Source: Gammaproteobacteria bacterium
GTDB lineage: Bacteria > Pseudomonadota > Gammaproteobacteria > Porifericomitales > Porifericomitaceae
Assembly: GCA_014238615.1 (NCBI GenBank)
Contig: JABAAT010000024.1
Span: 23,802 to 87,801, forward strand
Reading direction: 5' to 3'
DNA: 64,000 bases
A program made the translations under genes and the position numbers. The notes beneath the pieces are model-generated. The model was not told where the DNA came from and searched no databases. It was given only the letters and a program-made list of their open reading frames with translations. Shown here one piece after another: positions 29,634 to 38,798 of this stretch (position 1 is its first letter; each line of letters starts with the position of its first letter).

Positions 29634-29680
29634 GGTGCGCTCCGGATGCATCGGCCGCGGGCGCGGGTCAATCGGACGGA

Positions 29681-31732
29681 TCAACCTGGCGCGGCCTCCA
29701 GAAGGCCGCTGTAGCGCAGCAGGGATTCAAGCCGGGGAGCACGACCGCGAAAGTTCCGAAATAAGTGCCTGGGATCGTGCACGCCGCCCTGCTCCAGAAC
29801 CTCCTTCAGGAAGGAGCGTCCGACCTCGGCGTCAAGGGTTCCGGTTTCCTCAAAGCGGGAGAAGGCATCCGCGGCCAGCACCTCGGCCCACAGGTAACTG
29901 TAGTAGCCGGCGGCGTAACCGCCGGCGAAGATATGCGCGAAGCTGTTCTGGAAGCGGTTGAATTCAGGAGGATGAAACACGGAGATCCTGGATCGTGTTT
30001 CGTTCAGGATGCATTGCAGGTCCAGGCCCCTGGGAGTGCCGTACTCCAAGTGCAGGCGCATGTCAAAGACGGCGAATTCCAACTGCCGCAGGATGCGCAG
30101 GCCTGCCTGGAAAGTGCGCGCGTCGCGCAGACGGCGCAGCAGGTCGCCCTGTACAGGCAGGCTGTTCTCAACGTGGGCACTACACCAGGCCAGGGCAGGT
30201 CCATCCCAACCCCAGAACTCCAGCAGTTGGCTGGGAAACTCCACCGCGTCCCAAGGGACGCCGTTGATGCCGGAGACACCGGCGCAGTCCACGCGGGTCA
30301 GCAGGTGGTGCAGGCTGTGGCCGAATTCGTGGAACAGCGTGATGACCTCCTCGTGGGTCAGCAGTGGCGGGCGGCCGTCCAGCGCCGGTGTGAAATTGCA
30401 GGTCAGATAGGCCACCGGTTGCTGCCGCCCCGCGGCACCGCGCCGCCGTACGATGCACTCATCCATCCAGGCGCCTCCGCGCTTGTGCGGCCGCGCGTAC
30501 AGATCCAGGTAGATGCCTCCCCGGGGAGCGCCGTCCTCACCATACAGCCTGTAAAACAGCACATCCGGATGCCAGACCGGCACTTCAGCATCCACCCGCG
30601 CATCGATCCCAAACAATCCCCCGAACACCCGGAACAAACCGCTCAGCACCCGCTCCACCGGGAAATAAGAGCGCAGGGCTTCCTGGTCCAGGGCGTGGAG
30701 TTCGCGCCGCAGACGCTCGGAGTAATAGGGCAGATCCCAGGCCTCGAGGTCGCCTTCCAGGCCGTCGGCGGCGGCCTTCCGGCGTACTTCCTCCAGCTCC
30801 TGCTCGGCCCTGGGGTGCGCGCGTTCCGCCAAGTCGTGCAGAAAATCCAGTACTTCCCGCGGAGAGTCCGCCATTTTGCGCTCCAGCGAATAGTGCGCGA
30901 AGCTTGGGAACTCAAGCAGCGTGGCCTGTTCCCGGCGCAGGGCGAGGATTTCGTACATGATGGGTGTGTTATCCCAACGGTCGGCCCGCGGCCCCCGCTC
31001 CGAGGCGCGCGTGACATGAGCCTCGTAGAGCTCCCGGCGCAATTCACGCGAGCGCAGATACTTCATGGCCGGCAGGTAGCAGGGTTGCTCCAGGGTCAGC
31101 ACCCAGCCGTCCAGCTTGCGATCCTGGGCGGCGCGTTGCGCCAGCGCCAGAAGGCCCGGCGGCAGACCCTCCAGCTCGGCGCGGGTGCCGCAGTGCCTGT
31201 ACCAGCCATGGGTGGCATCCAGCACGTTCTGTTCAAACCGCATCTGCAGTTCCGACAGGCGCCTCCGGATCTCCCTGAGGCGTCGCCGGGGACCGGTGCG
31301 CAGTTGCACGCCGGCCAGCCGGAAATCGCGCAGCATGTTATCCACGACGCGGCGACGCGACGCGTCCAATTCATGAAACGCGGCGGTGGCGCGTAATGTG
31401 CGCACCGCCTTGCATAACCCCTCATGCTGCTCCAACTCGCTTTGATAGTTTGAGAAGAGCTCCAGGCAGACACCATAGGCGGCCCGCAGCTCTTCGCTGT
31501 CGGCCACCGCGTGCAGATGGGAGATCACGGACCAGACCCGGGCCAGGCGATCCTCCATCTCCTCCAGGGGCGCGAGGCAACGCTCCCAGGTGGGCGGCCC
31601 GGGCTGCTTCAGCAATTCCTCCAGGCCACGGCGGTTAACCGCCAGGAGTTCCCTGACAGCTGGCTCCGCATGCACGGGCCGCACCTGCTCAAAAGGCGGC
31701 AGGCCGCGCATCTCCAACAGAGGATTACTCAT
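29681..31732 (-). CDS. prlC: Oligopeptidase A (M3)
   Basis: MSNPLL, YARPHKRGGAWMD, FHEFGHSLHH, WDAVEFPSQ, GGYAAGYYSYLWAEVL. Confidence 0.95.
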   Translation of the reverse strand: MSNPLLEMRGLPPFEQVRPVHAEPAVRELLAVNRRGLEELLKQPGPPTWERCLAPLEEMEDRLARVWSVISHLHAVADSEELRAAYGVCLELFSNYQSELEQHEGLCKAVRTLRATAAFHELDASRRRVVDNMLRDFRLAGVQLRTGPRRRLREIRRRLSELQMRFEQNVLDATHGWYRHCGTRAELEGLPPGLLALAQRAAQDRKLDGWVLTLEQPCYLPAMKYLRSRELRRELYEAHVTRASERGPRADRWDNTPIMYEILALRREQATLLEFPSFAHYSLERKMADSPREVLDFLHDLAERAHPRAEQELEEVRRKAAADGLEGDLEAWDLPYYSERLRRELHALDQEALRSYFPVERVLSGLFRVFGGLFGIDARVDAEVPVWHPDVLFYRLYGEDGAPRGGIYLDLYARPHKRGGAWMDECIVRRRGAAGRQQPVAYLTCNFTPALDGRPPLLTHEEVITLFHEFGHSLHHLLTRVDCAGVSGINGVPWDAVEFPSQLLEFWGWDGPALAWCSAHVENSLPVQGDLLRRLRDARTFQAGLRILRQLEFAVFDMRLHLEYGTPRGLDLQCILNETRSRISVFHPPEFNRFQNSFAHIFAGGYAAGYYSYLWAEVLAADAFSRFEETGTLDAEVGRSFLKEVLEQGGVHDPRHLFRNFRGRAPRLESLLRYSGLLEAAPG

Positions 31733-31959
31733 AATCCCCCGGCCGCCTTTAAGGACGCCGCGGTGGTCGGGACAGGGTGACGACATGACGTCCTTGTCCA
31801 ACATCCCGAGGCCTGCCATGATAGAAGCGGCATGACAGAACCCGCCGTACCACCTGGCATCCAGGATGCCGCACCATCCACCACGCAGGCCGCGCCACAA
31901 ACCATGACAAAACGTGCTTCCCACCCCCGGCGCCGCACCGCGGCGGCGGCACCGCGGCC

Positions 31960-32148
31960 ATGAACTTCTCATGGGTCGATCTGATCATGGCGGGCGGCCT
32001 GGCCGCGCTGGTCCTGTTCTTTTTTACCCCGGGACTCAAGCAAACCATCCGGGAATCGCGGGAAGAGGAAAACCCGGACTGGATGGGCGCCTTGGTTCCG
32101 CTTGGCTTGGTCGTGCTCTTTATCGTGCTGCTGCTGATGCTCGCCTGA
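31960..32148 (+). CDS. Small two-TM membrane protein, uncharacterised
   Basis: 62 aa: hydrophobic N-helix, charged linker, DWMGALVPL plus C-terminal helix; resembles a widespread gammaproteobacterial hypothetical (from memory). Confidence 0.7.
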   Translation: MNFSWVDLIMAGGLAALVLFFFTPGLKQTIRESREEENPDWMGALVPLGLVVLFIVLLLMLA

Positions 32149-32240
32149 AGCGCCGCCCACGGCGGGTGCCCATGGTGATTCGGGCCGCACAACGACGGGT
32201 GGTCACCTGGTAACTGGAAGAATTCGGGACGCGCACGCAC

Positions 32241-32711
32241 TCAGTTCGTGACCGGAAGTGCGGGCACGTCCTCATACTCCGAAGCGCTTCCCCCCCGCGG
32301 CGCGGCCGCCTCCGACGCTCCCTCCTCCGATGCGCCAGGGGCCGCGCCGGAACCATCCAGACCCGCCTGTTCCTGTCCCGGCACGCTCCCCGTCGTGCCT
32401 TCCGGTATGACCGGCGCGACGAGATCGGTCTGCACCCCGTTGCCTTCAAGGAGTACGCTGCCACCGCGTAATTCCAGGCCGGTCAGGTACACCAGCAACA
32501 GGCAGATCACGCAGAACAGGCCGCCCAGGATGCCAGTGATGCGGGTCAGGAAATTGCCCGAACCGGCGCTGCCGAAGATGGTGCTCGAGGAGCCGCTGCC
32601 AAAGGCGGCTCCTATTCCGGCGCCACGCCCGCACTGCATCAGGATCAGTACCACCAGAGACACGGAAACGACACCGAAGGCAATCATCAGCAGGGTTTTG
32701 AAAATCGGCAT
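32241..32711 (-). CDS. secG: Preprotein translocase subunit SecG
   Basis: LILMQCGRGAGIGAAFGSGSSSTIFGSAGSGNFLTRIT; directly after tpiA. Confidence 0.93.
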   Translation of the reverse strand: MPIFKTLLMIAFGVVSVSLVVLILMQCGRGAGIGAAFGSGSSSTIFGSAGSGNFLTRITGILGGLFCVICLLLVYLTGLELRGGSVLLEGNGVQTDLVAPVIPEGTTGSVPGQEQAGLDGSGAAPGASEEGASEAAAPRGGSASEYEDVPALPVTN

Positions 32712-32785
32712 GAAATTTTTCTCCAAGGTCTCCAGGGGTCTCCGGAATGAAGACCCTTAAGGGCCGGCCTTCCCTAATGCGTATG

Positions 32786-32808
32786 CCCGGGTCCGGCCCG
32801 GACCCGGG
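32786..32808. terminator. Perfect 10-bp-stem hairpin between tpiA and secG
   Basis: CCCGGGTCCG-GCC-CGGACCCGGG; no U tract, so possibly a stabilising or processing hairpin. Confidence 0.45.
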
Positions 32809-32820
32809 ACAAGTTGTCAG

Positions 32821-33603
32821 TCAGCGCGCCTGGAACGCCGCCGCCGCGCGACAGATGGCAAGAAACTCCTGCGCCCGCAGCGAGGCGCCACCCACCAGGA
32901 CTCCATCCACATCCGGCATTTCAAACAGGGCCGCCGCGTTCTCGGCGCACACGCTGCCACCGTAAAGTATGCGCGTGTCTCGAGCATATTCCAACCCACG
33001 CGCGGCGATGCAGCCGCGCAGCAAGGCATGCATCTCCTGCGCCTGCTCAGCCCCGGCGGCCGCGCCGCTGCCGATGGCCCAGATCGGTTCGTAGGCCAGC
33101 ACCACGGGCCGCAAATCCCGGGGAGTACAGCTTGCCAGCACCGCTTCCAGCTGCCGGGTCACCACTTGCGAGGCCCGCCCGGCCTCGCGTTGCACCAGGT
33201 CTTCCCCCAGGCAGAGCACCGGCTGCAGCCCGGCGCGCCGGGCTGCCTTGAACTTAGCCGCCACCAAGGCATCACCCTCGCCATGGGAGCGGCGCCGCTC
33301 GGAATGACCGACCAGCACGAAGCGGCAATTATAATCCACCAGCATGGCGGCGGACACATCGCCGGTATGCGCACCATCCGGGTGCCGGCAGATATCCTGC
33401 GCGCCCCAGGCAATCGGACCGCCTTTCAGCACGCGCACCGCATCGGCCAGGTGCACGAAAGCCGGCAACACCGCGATCTCCGGCGCACCGGGACTCAGCT
33501 CGGCGGCGCACAGCTCCCGGAGCAATGCACGCACCTTTGCCTGGTCTCCATGCATCTTCCAATTGCCCATGACCAGCAGGGGGCGTTGTTTCAGCGCACG
33601 CAT
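32821..33603 (-). CDS. tpiA: Triosephosphate isomerase
   Basis: GNWKMHG, GAHTGDVS, GHSERR, AYEPIWAIG, LYGGSV, LVGGASL. Confidence 0.97.
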   Translation of the reverse strand: MRALKQRPLLVMGNWKMHGDQAKVRALLRELCAAELSPGAPEIAVLPAFVHLADAVRVLKGGPIAWGAQDICRHPDGAHTGDVSAAMLVDYNCRFVLVGHSERRRSHGEGDALVAAKFKAARRAGLQPVLCLGEDLVQREAGRASQVVTRQLEAVLASCTPRDLRPVVLAYEPIWAIGSGAAAGAEQAQEMHALLRGCIAARGLEYARDTRILYGGSVCAENAAALFEMPDVDGVLVGGASLRAQEFLAICRAAAAFQAR

Positions 33604-33617
33604 GCCGCCGGATCCGC

Positions 33618-36374
33618 TCAGGCCGATGCCTCGTAGGCGCGCCGGTCTGAATCGGTCGCATCGTCGGCTGCCTGGCCTTGACGGCGGAGTGCCTTCAGGG
33701 CGGCGCGCTTCAGGCTGTTCAGGATACCGCTCTGGCCGGTATGGGTGCAGGGCACCCAGGGGACCCGTGCTTCCCGGAGACATTCGCGCAGGTGGCGCCC
33801 TAACTGGGTGCGCATCATCTCCATCAGGACCACCACGTCGGCCTGGCGGCACTCCTTCCCGAGTTGATCTTTGATCCGCCCCCAGTTGGAAGTCCAGCCG
33901 GTGTGGTGAAATTCCACCCGTACTCCCGGCCAGCACCGGCTTAACTCTTCCCTGATGGGTGCATCATAAGGCTCCTGCCGTTCATCACCGCCCACAAAGA
34001 TGATCCGCAGCGACGCACCTTTCCGGAGTAGCGCGTCCTCGTCATCATCCAGCACCGGCGCCGGCGGCGTCTCCGGAAGCGCCTCATGCAGACCCTGGAG
34101 CGCTTCCCGGTAACCCCAATCCCGCATCACCTCCAGGATCTCCTTAGCCTGCGCCAGGTCCTGGTCCCGCACCTTGAAGAACAATTCGCGCAGCAACGCT
34201 CCGCATTCCTGATCCCGGCCCAGGTCACGGAGCAGAAAAACCCTGGTCCAGGCGGCCTCCGACCACTTCCAGGCCGGGTCGTAACCCTCGGAGCGCTTCA
34301 ACAAATCAATGAAATCCTGCTTATGGGCATCCTGTTCCATGGCCAGGATCTGCATGATATCCAGCACCTGGACAGCTTTCTCCAGTTGCTCGCCGCGTTC
34401 CCGCTCGCGCAGCCCGCGCCGGCTGCCTTCCAGCAGCCTTGGCAACAAGTCATACGCCGCTTTCCAGCGCAGGCTGTAGCCATGCCGCTCGTCACGCAAA
34501 TATTCCAGGTAGTGCTTCTGCAGGACGTCAGAATGATTCAACATCTCCGGATCCGTGTCCAGAACCTCTAAGGCTTCGGCGCCGCAGTACGACCAGATCG
34601 ACTCGGCGATGCGCGCCGCCGTCACTGAATCTATCAACGCGGCGTCCTCCCAAAATTTCTTCACATGCTCGTGCGGAAAGCGGCCGGCGCCAGGGCTGAT
34701 CTGCTTCCAACATTCGTAGGCTTCAGCAAGTTGCGTCTTGTCGCCCAGCTTCGGCATGCCCAGAACGCTCTGGAGAAACAGCGATTGGCCAAGCAGGCCG
34801 CTTTTCTCGTAGTAAGCCGCACTCTCGGAGGCGCGCATGCCGCGGCTCGCTTTCTGAGCATGTTGCAGCGCCTTCCATGACAATTTTTCCCGTTGCCCGC
34901 CGGGAACCTCCCAGTAACCCAGGTAAGCCAGGAGGGAAAGTGCATGGTGGGCGGTGGTTACACCGCGCCCCCGTTGCTGCACGGCCTGCCGGAAGTACGG
35001 CTTCCCTTTACGTAACGACTCCAACAGGCAGGCGCGACGCTCGGCCTCCGGGGCCACCCGCAGCTCGTCCACGGACTTCAGGTTGCCGCAAGCCAGGCCC
35101 AGGTCGCTCAGCATGGCCGCGGAGACGCCGGCCTCACTCGCTCGCAGTTCCTGGAGGAATTCCCGGGCTTCCTGGAACCGACCTTCGCGCAATCTTGAGC
35201 GCGCCAGGCAATGGCGGATATCGCAGCTCAGGCGGGCCACCTCCTCGCCGGCGGCTGCGGCGCGCCGCAGCGTCTGCCCATCCAGTTGTTCCAAGGGCTT
35301 CAGCAGCAACCGGGCATCCTGATGACGTCCCGCACGCAGCCACCCGCGCGCCGCATCCACGGACTGCTGTGCCATCCACAGCAGGCCACCGGGCGGCGGG
35401 CGCTGCTCCAGCAGCTGCCCACCCAGCAACTGCAGGGCATATCCCAGCAGTTCCTTATTTTCCAGCAGCCGCGGGAAACAGAAAAAGGCGATGACGCGGC
35501 CGGCCTCATTCCCGGAAGCACGTTCAAAGACCCGGCCGAACTTCTCCAGCAAGGCTTTCAGGTTGCGGCGCAGGTCGGCCGCCGCGGCCAGCATCCCCGC
35601 CAGGCGCCATTCCCTGCACGCTTCATCGAAACCGGGAAGACTGACCTCCAGGTGCTCAACCTCGACGGAGGTGTCCGAGGCATCCATGAAACCCTGGTGA
35701 AAATGCACGGTATGGCGTTCCACATTGAGGCGGTACAGTTCGTCCAGCAATTCCCGTAATTGCTTGTGGGACAAGCTGCCGTGCTGCCTGGACAACATGC
35801 GCTTTACTTCTCTGTACAGCAACTGGTCCAGCAAGGTCAGCGGTTCCGGCAACCGCTTTTCATCGTGCTGCAGGAGCACCGGCGGACGCAGCAACGGCGC
35901 GGTCGATCGCGTGGGGTGCGCCTTCAACCAGAGCCGTACCGGTTCCGGCCGCGCGCCGGTCAATTCGCAACAAAGCCCCAGGATCACCCCGACCTGCTCC
36001 GGCGCACAGGAGGACTGCTTCGGCAAACTTTCCAGGGCCTGCCAGGCATTCCGGGAGACCCTGTCACCCCCGCCTTCCGGCCAGTGTTTCAGGGCCGGCA
36101 ACCCCCAATCCACCATCAGTTGCCAGGCCAGGCCCTCCAGGAGTTTCCTCAGGGCCGGTCCCCGCATACGCCGCAGCGCCTCACTGCGCCACAATGCGAC
36201 GAGTTCATCCCGGCTTTTCCTGCGCAATTGCACGGCCCGCGATTTCCGCCACTCGGCCAGCCACTTACAGACATCATCTCGATGCTGCTCCACGAACAGG
36301 CGCGTGGCCCGGTTCTGCAGGTCACGGTCCAGGTGTTCCCAAGTGCGCCGCAACCAGTCGGTGGCCGGACTCAC
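33618..36374 (-). CDS. Large uncharacterised alpha-helical/TPR-like protein with a C-terminal DUF2325-like domain
   Basis: About 918-aa open frame; GTGA overlap with the rluB stop; TPR-like segments (ARGWLRAGRHQDARLLL, LARSRLREGRFQEAREFL); C-terminal LRIIFVGG..HTGWTSNW..ADVVVL. Confidence 0.8.
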   Translation of the reverse strand: MSPATDWLRRTWEHLDRDLQNRATRLFVEQHRDDVCKWLAEWRKSRAVQLRRKSRDELVALWRSEALRRMRGPALRKLLEGLAWQLMVDWGLPALKHWPEGGGDRVSRNAWQALESLPKQSSCAPEQVGVILGLCCELTGARPEPVRLWLKAHPTRSTAPLLRPPVLLQHDEKRLPEPLTLLDQLLYREVKRMLSRQHGSLSHKQLRELLDELYRLNVERHTVHFHQGFMDASDTSVEVEHLEVSLPGFDEACREWRLAGMLAAAADLRRNLKALLEKFGRVFERASGNEAGRVIAFFCFPRLLENKELLGYALQLLGGQLLEQRPPPGGLLWMAQQSVDAARGWLRAGRHQDARLLLKPLEQLDGQTLRRAAAAGEEVARLSCDIRHCLARSRLREGRFQEAREFLQELRASEAGVSAAMLSDLGLACGNLKSVDELRVAPEAERRACLLESLRKGKPYFRQAVQQRGRGVTTAHHALSLLAYLGYWEVPGGQREKLSWKALQHAQKASRGMRASESAAYYEKSGLLGQSLFLQSVLGMPKLGDKTQLAEAYECWKQISPGAGRFPHEHVKKFWEDAALIDSVTAARIAESIWSYCGAEALEVLDTDPEMLNHSDVLQKHYLEYLRDERHGYSLRWKAAYDLLPRLLEGSRRGLRERERGEQLEKAVQVLDIMQILAMEQDAHKQDFIDLLKRSEGYDPAWKWSEAAWTRVFLLRDLGRDQECGALLRELFFKVRDQDLAQAKEILEVMRDWGYREALQGLHEALPETPPAPVLDDDEDALLRKGASLRIIFVGGDERQEPYDAPIREELSRCWPGVRVEFHHTGWTSNWGRIKDQLGKECRQADVVVLMEMMRTQLGRHLRECLREARVPWVPCTHTGQSGILNSLKRAALKALRRQGQAADDATDSDRRAYEASA

Positions 36375-37225
36375 GCCGCGCACCCGCTCCGAGGAGCCTG
36401 TACACCGTCCGGGCACAGCAACTCACGTACCTTCCCGGGCGGCAGCTCCCAGCACTCCCCAGGGCGCGACCGGGGGGGCAGACTGAACGTCCCGAAGCGA
36501 ATTCGTACCAAGCGGCTGACCCGCAACCCCTGGGTTTCCCAAAGCCGCCGCACCTCGCGCCTGCGTCCCTCCAGGAGCACCACGTCATACCACTGGTTGC
36601 GCGCCCGACCGCGGCCGCTCCGCACGCGTTGAAACCGCGCCGGACGCCCGTCCAGGTACACCCCCTCCAGCAGGCGCCGCAACTGCGCGGGAGAAGCCCG
36701 GCCGTCGACACGCACCGCGTATTCCCGTTCCACGCCGCCGGAAGGATGCGCCAGGCGCTGCACCAGGTCGCCGTCATTACAGAACAGGAGCAGGCCGGAA
36801 GTATTGAAATCCAGGCGCCCAACGCTCAGCCAGGAGCCTGGTAATGGGGGCAATTGTTCGTAAACGGTCGGGCGGCCCTGGGGATCGTCACGCGTGCAGA
36901 TGCGCCCGACCGGCTTATGGTAAAGCAATACGCGCGGCACGCCCCCGGCGGCCCACTTCAGACGCAGCGGCCGGCCGTCCAGGCGCAGGTAATCCTTCGG
37001 TCCGGCGCGATCCCCGGGACAGGCCGGGCGGCCATTCAACTGGATACGCCCGGCCCGCAACCAGGCTTCGATCCGGCGCCGGGACGCGTACCCAGAGCGC
37101 GCCAGGAGCTTCTGAATGTATTCACCGCGCGGGGCAGCGGCAGCCCCGCCGGAAAGCTTGTCCGGGGTTGGAGCGGAAGCCGCCGCGTCGCGCACCCGCT
37201 GCTGCCTTGTGCGTGTCTCAGGCAC
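36371..37225 (-). CDS. rluB: 23S rRNA pseudouridine synthase B
   Basis: IQKLLARSGYASRR, YHKPVG, VGRLDFNTSGLLL, EREYAVRV, REVRRL. Confidence 0.93.
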   Translation of the reverse strand: MPETRTRQQRVRDAAASAPTPDKLSGGAAAAPRGEYIQKLLARSGYASRRRIEAWLRAGRIQLNGRPACPGDRAGPKDYLRLDGRPLRLKWAAGGVPRVLLYHKPVGRICTRDDPQGRPTVYEQLPPLPGSWLSVGRLDFNTSGLLLFCNDGDLVQRLAHPSGGVEREYAVRVDGRASPAQLRRLLEGVYLDGRPARFQRVRSGRGRARNQWYDVVLLEGRRREVRRLWETQGLRVSRLVRIRFGTFSLPPRSRPGECWELPPGKVRELLCPDGVQAPRSGCAA

Positions 37226-37230
37226 CTTGC

Positions 37231-38001
37231 CTATTTAGCACGCCAGTTCTGGGCCGCCCCCAGCGGCAAATCGCTGTTCAGCGTTCCGGGGGCGACCACC
37301 GGCGTGAGTCCCTCCTCGGCCACATCGGTCTCAGCAGGCTTTTCAATCGCCTCCGCAACGGCCTCGTCGTCCTCCTCCTCCGCGCCATCTCCCGCGCCTT
37401 CCTTGACCTGAACGGCGCCCTGCTCCGGCCACGGCGGTTTCAGCGCCTCCGGCAGTTCAGGCGCGTCCGGCAGGTCCGGCAGCTCCTTCAACGAACACAG
37501 GTTGAAGTAGTCCAGGAATTCATGGGTGGTGGCCAGCAGCTCCGGGCGGCCCGGCACCTCCCTGTGTCCCACCACCCGTATCCAGAAACGATCGAACAGG
37601 GTGCGCAGCACGCCGGTACTCTCGGAGACGCCCCGGATACGCTCGATCTCGCCCCGGGTGATGGGCTGCTGATAGGCGATGATGCAAAGCGTTTCCAACA
37701 CGGCGCGTGAGTAGCGCGGCGGCCGGACATGCTCCAGGCGCCGCACCCAGGGCGCGTAGTCGACGCGCACCTGGAAGCGATAACCACCGGCCACCCGGGA
37801 CAAAACGACGCCGCGTTCCGCATACTCATCACGCAGGCTTTGCAGGGCGGCGCACAGTTGCTTTCGATCCGGCGGCGGCGACGCGCGCTCGGTGAGCAAA
37901 AGCTCGAGGGCGCGCTCATCCAGCGGGCGCCCCGCGGCCATGAGCACGGCTTCCAGGATATTGCGCAAGCGCACCCCTTCATCTGCTCCGGATGCGGCCA
38001 C
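37231..38001 (-). CDS. scpB: SMC-Scp complex subunit ScpB
   Basis: LEAVL, VAGGYRFQ, YSRAVLETLCIIAYQQPITRGEIERIRGV, TTHEFLDYF. Confidence 0.95.
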   Translation of the reverse strand: MAASGADEGVRLRNILEAVLMAAGRPLDERALELLLTERASPPPDRKQLCAALQSLRDEYAERGVVLSRVAGGYRFQVRVDYAPWVRRLEHVRPPRYSRAVLETLCIIAYQQPITRGEIERIRGVSESTGVLRTLFDRFWIRVVGHREVPGRPELLATTHEFLDYFNLCSLKELPDLPDAPELPEALKPPWPEQGAVQVKEGAGDGAEEEDDEAVAEAIEKPAETDVAEEGLTPVVAPGTLNSDLPLGAAQNWRAK

Positions 38002-38003
38002 GT

Positions 38004-38798
38004 TCAGGCGGCCTTTCTCAGGTGGATGACGCCATCGCTTTCATGCTGCACCACCTCGATCGCGGAATCCCGCCACAGTTCCAGGATCGCCAGCAAGGTC
38101 ACCACGATACCGGCGCGACCCTCGGCGCTCTCAAGCAGTTCACCGAATTCCCGGAAATCGTCACCCCCAAGGCGGCCCAGCAGTACGCTCATGCACTCCC
38201 GCACGGAAAGCTGCACAGGCCGCAACAGCAGGCCTTCGCGCGTCTCGGCGCGACGCAGGGCTTCAACGCCGACCTTGAGCAGGCGTTCCAGGCTGACAGC
38301 CGGTAGCGGCACTTCCCTGGGAAAAGGAAATTCCACCAGCACCCGGTGCAGGTCGCGCTCCAGGCGCGGCAACTCATCCAGCCGCTCCGTGGCGCCCCGA
38401 AAGCGCTCATATTCCTGCAAGCGCCGCACCAGCTCCGCACGCGGATCCTCTTCCTCCAGTTCCTCCGGCTCCAGCCGCGGCAACAACACGCGGGATTTGA
38501 TATGCAGCAACACGGCAGCCATGCCCAGGTATTCGCCGGCCAGGTCCAGTTCCAACTCGCGCATGAGTTCAATGTAGCGCATGTATTGTTCGGTCACGGG
38601 AGCAATGGGGATATTCTCGATATCGATATCCTGCTTCCGGATCAAGTACAGCAGCAGGTCCAGCGGCCCCTCGAAGTCTCCGAGGAAAACCCGCAGGGCG
38701 CGCGGTGGAATGTACAGGGTGTCGGGCAATTCAGTCAGCGGCCGACCGCGCAGCATGGCCGGGGGTACTTCGGATGGTCGGCTTCCGGGTGCACTCAT
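38004..38798 (-). CDS. scpA: Segregation and condensation protein A
   Basis: YIPPRAL..FEGPLDLLLYLIRKQDIDI, AGEYL.MAA.L..IKSR.LLP, DPRAELVRRLQEYE. Confidence 0.95.
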   Translation of the reverse strand: MSAPGSRPSEVPPAMLRGRPLTELPDTLYIPPRALRVFLGDFEGPLDLLLYLIRKQDIDIENIPIAPVTEQYMRYIELMRELELDLAGEYLGMAAVLLHIKSRVLLPRLEPEELEEEDPRAELVRRLQEYERFRGATERLDELPRLERDLHRVLVEFPFPREVPLPAVSLERLLKVGVEALRRAETREGLLLRPVQLSVRECMSVLLGRLGGDDFREFGELLESAEGRAGIVVTLLAILELWRDSAIEVVQHESDGVIHLRKAA

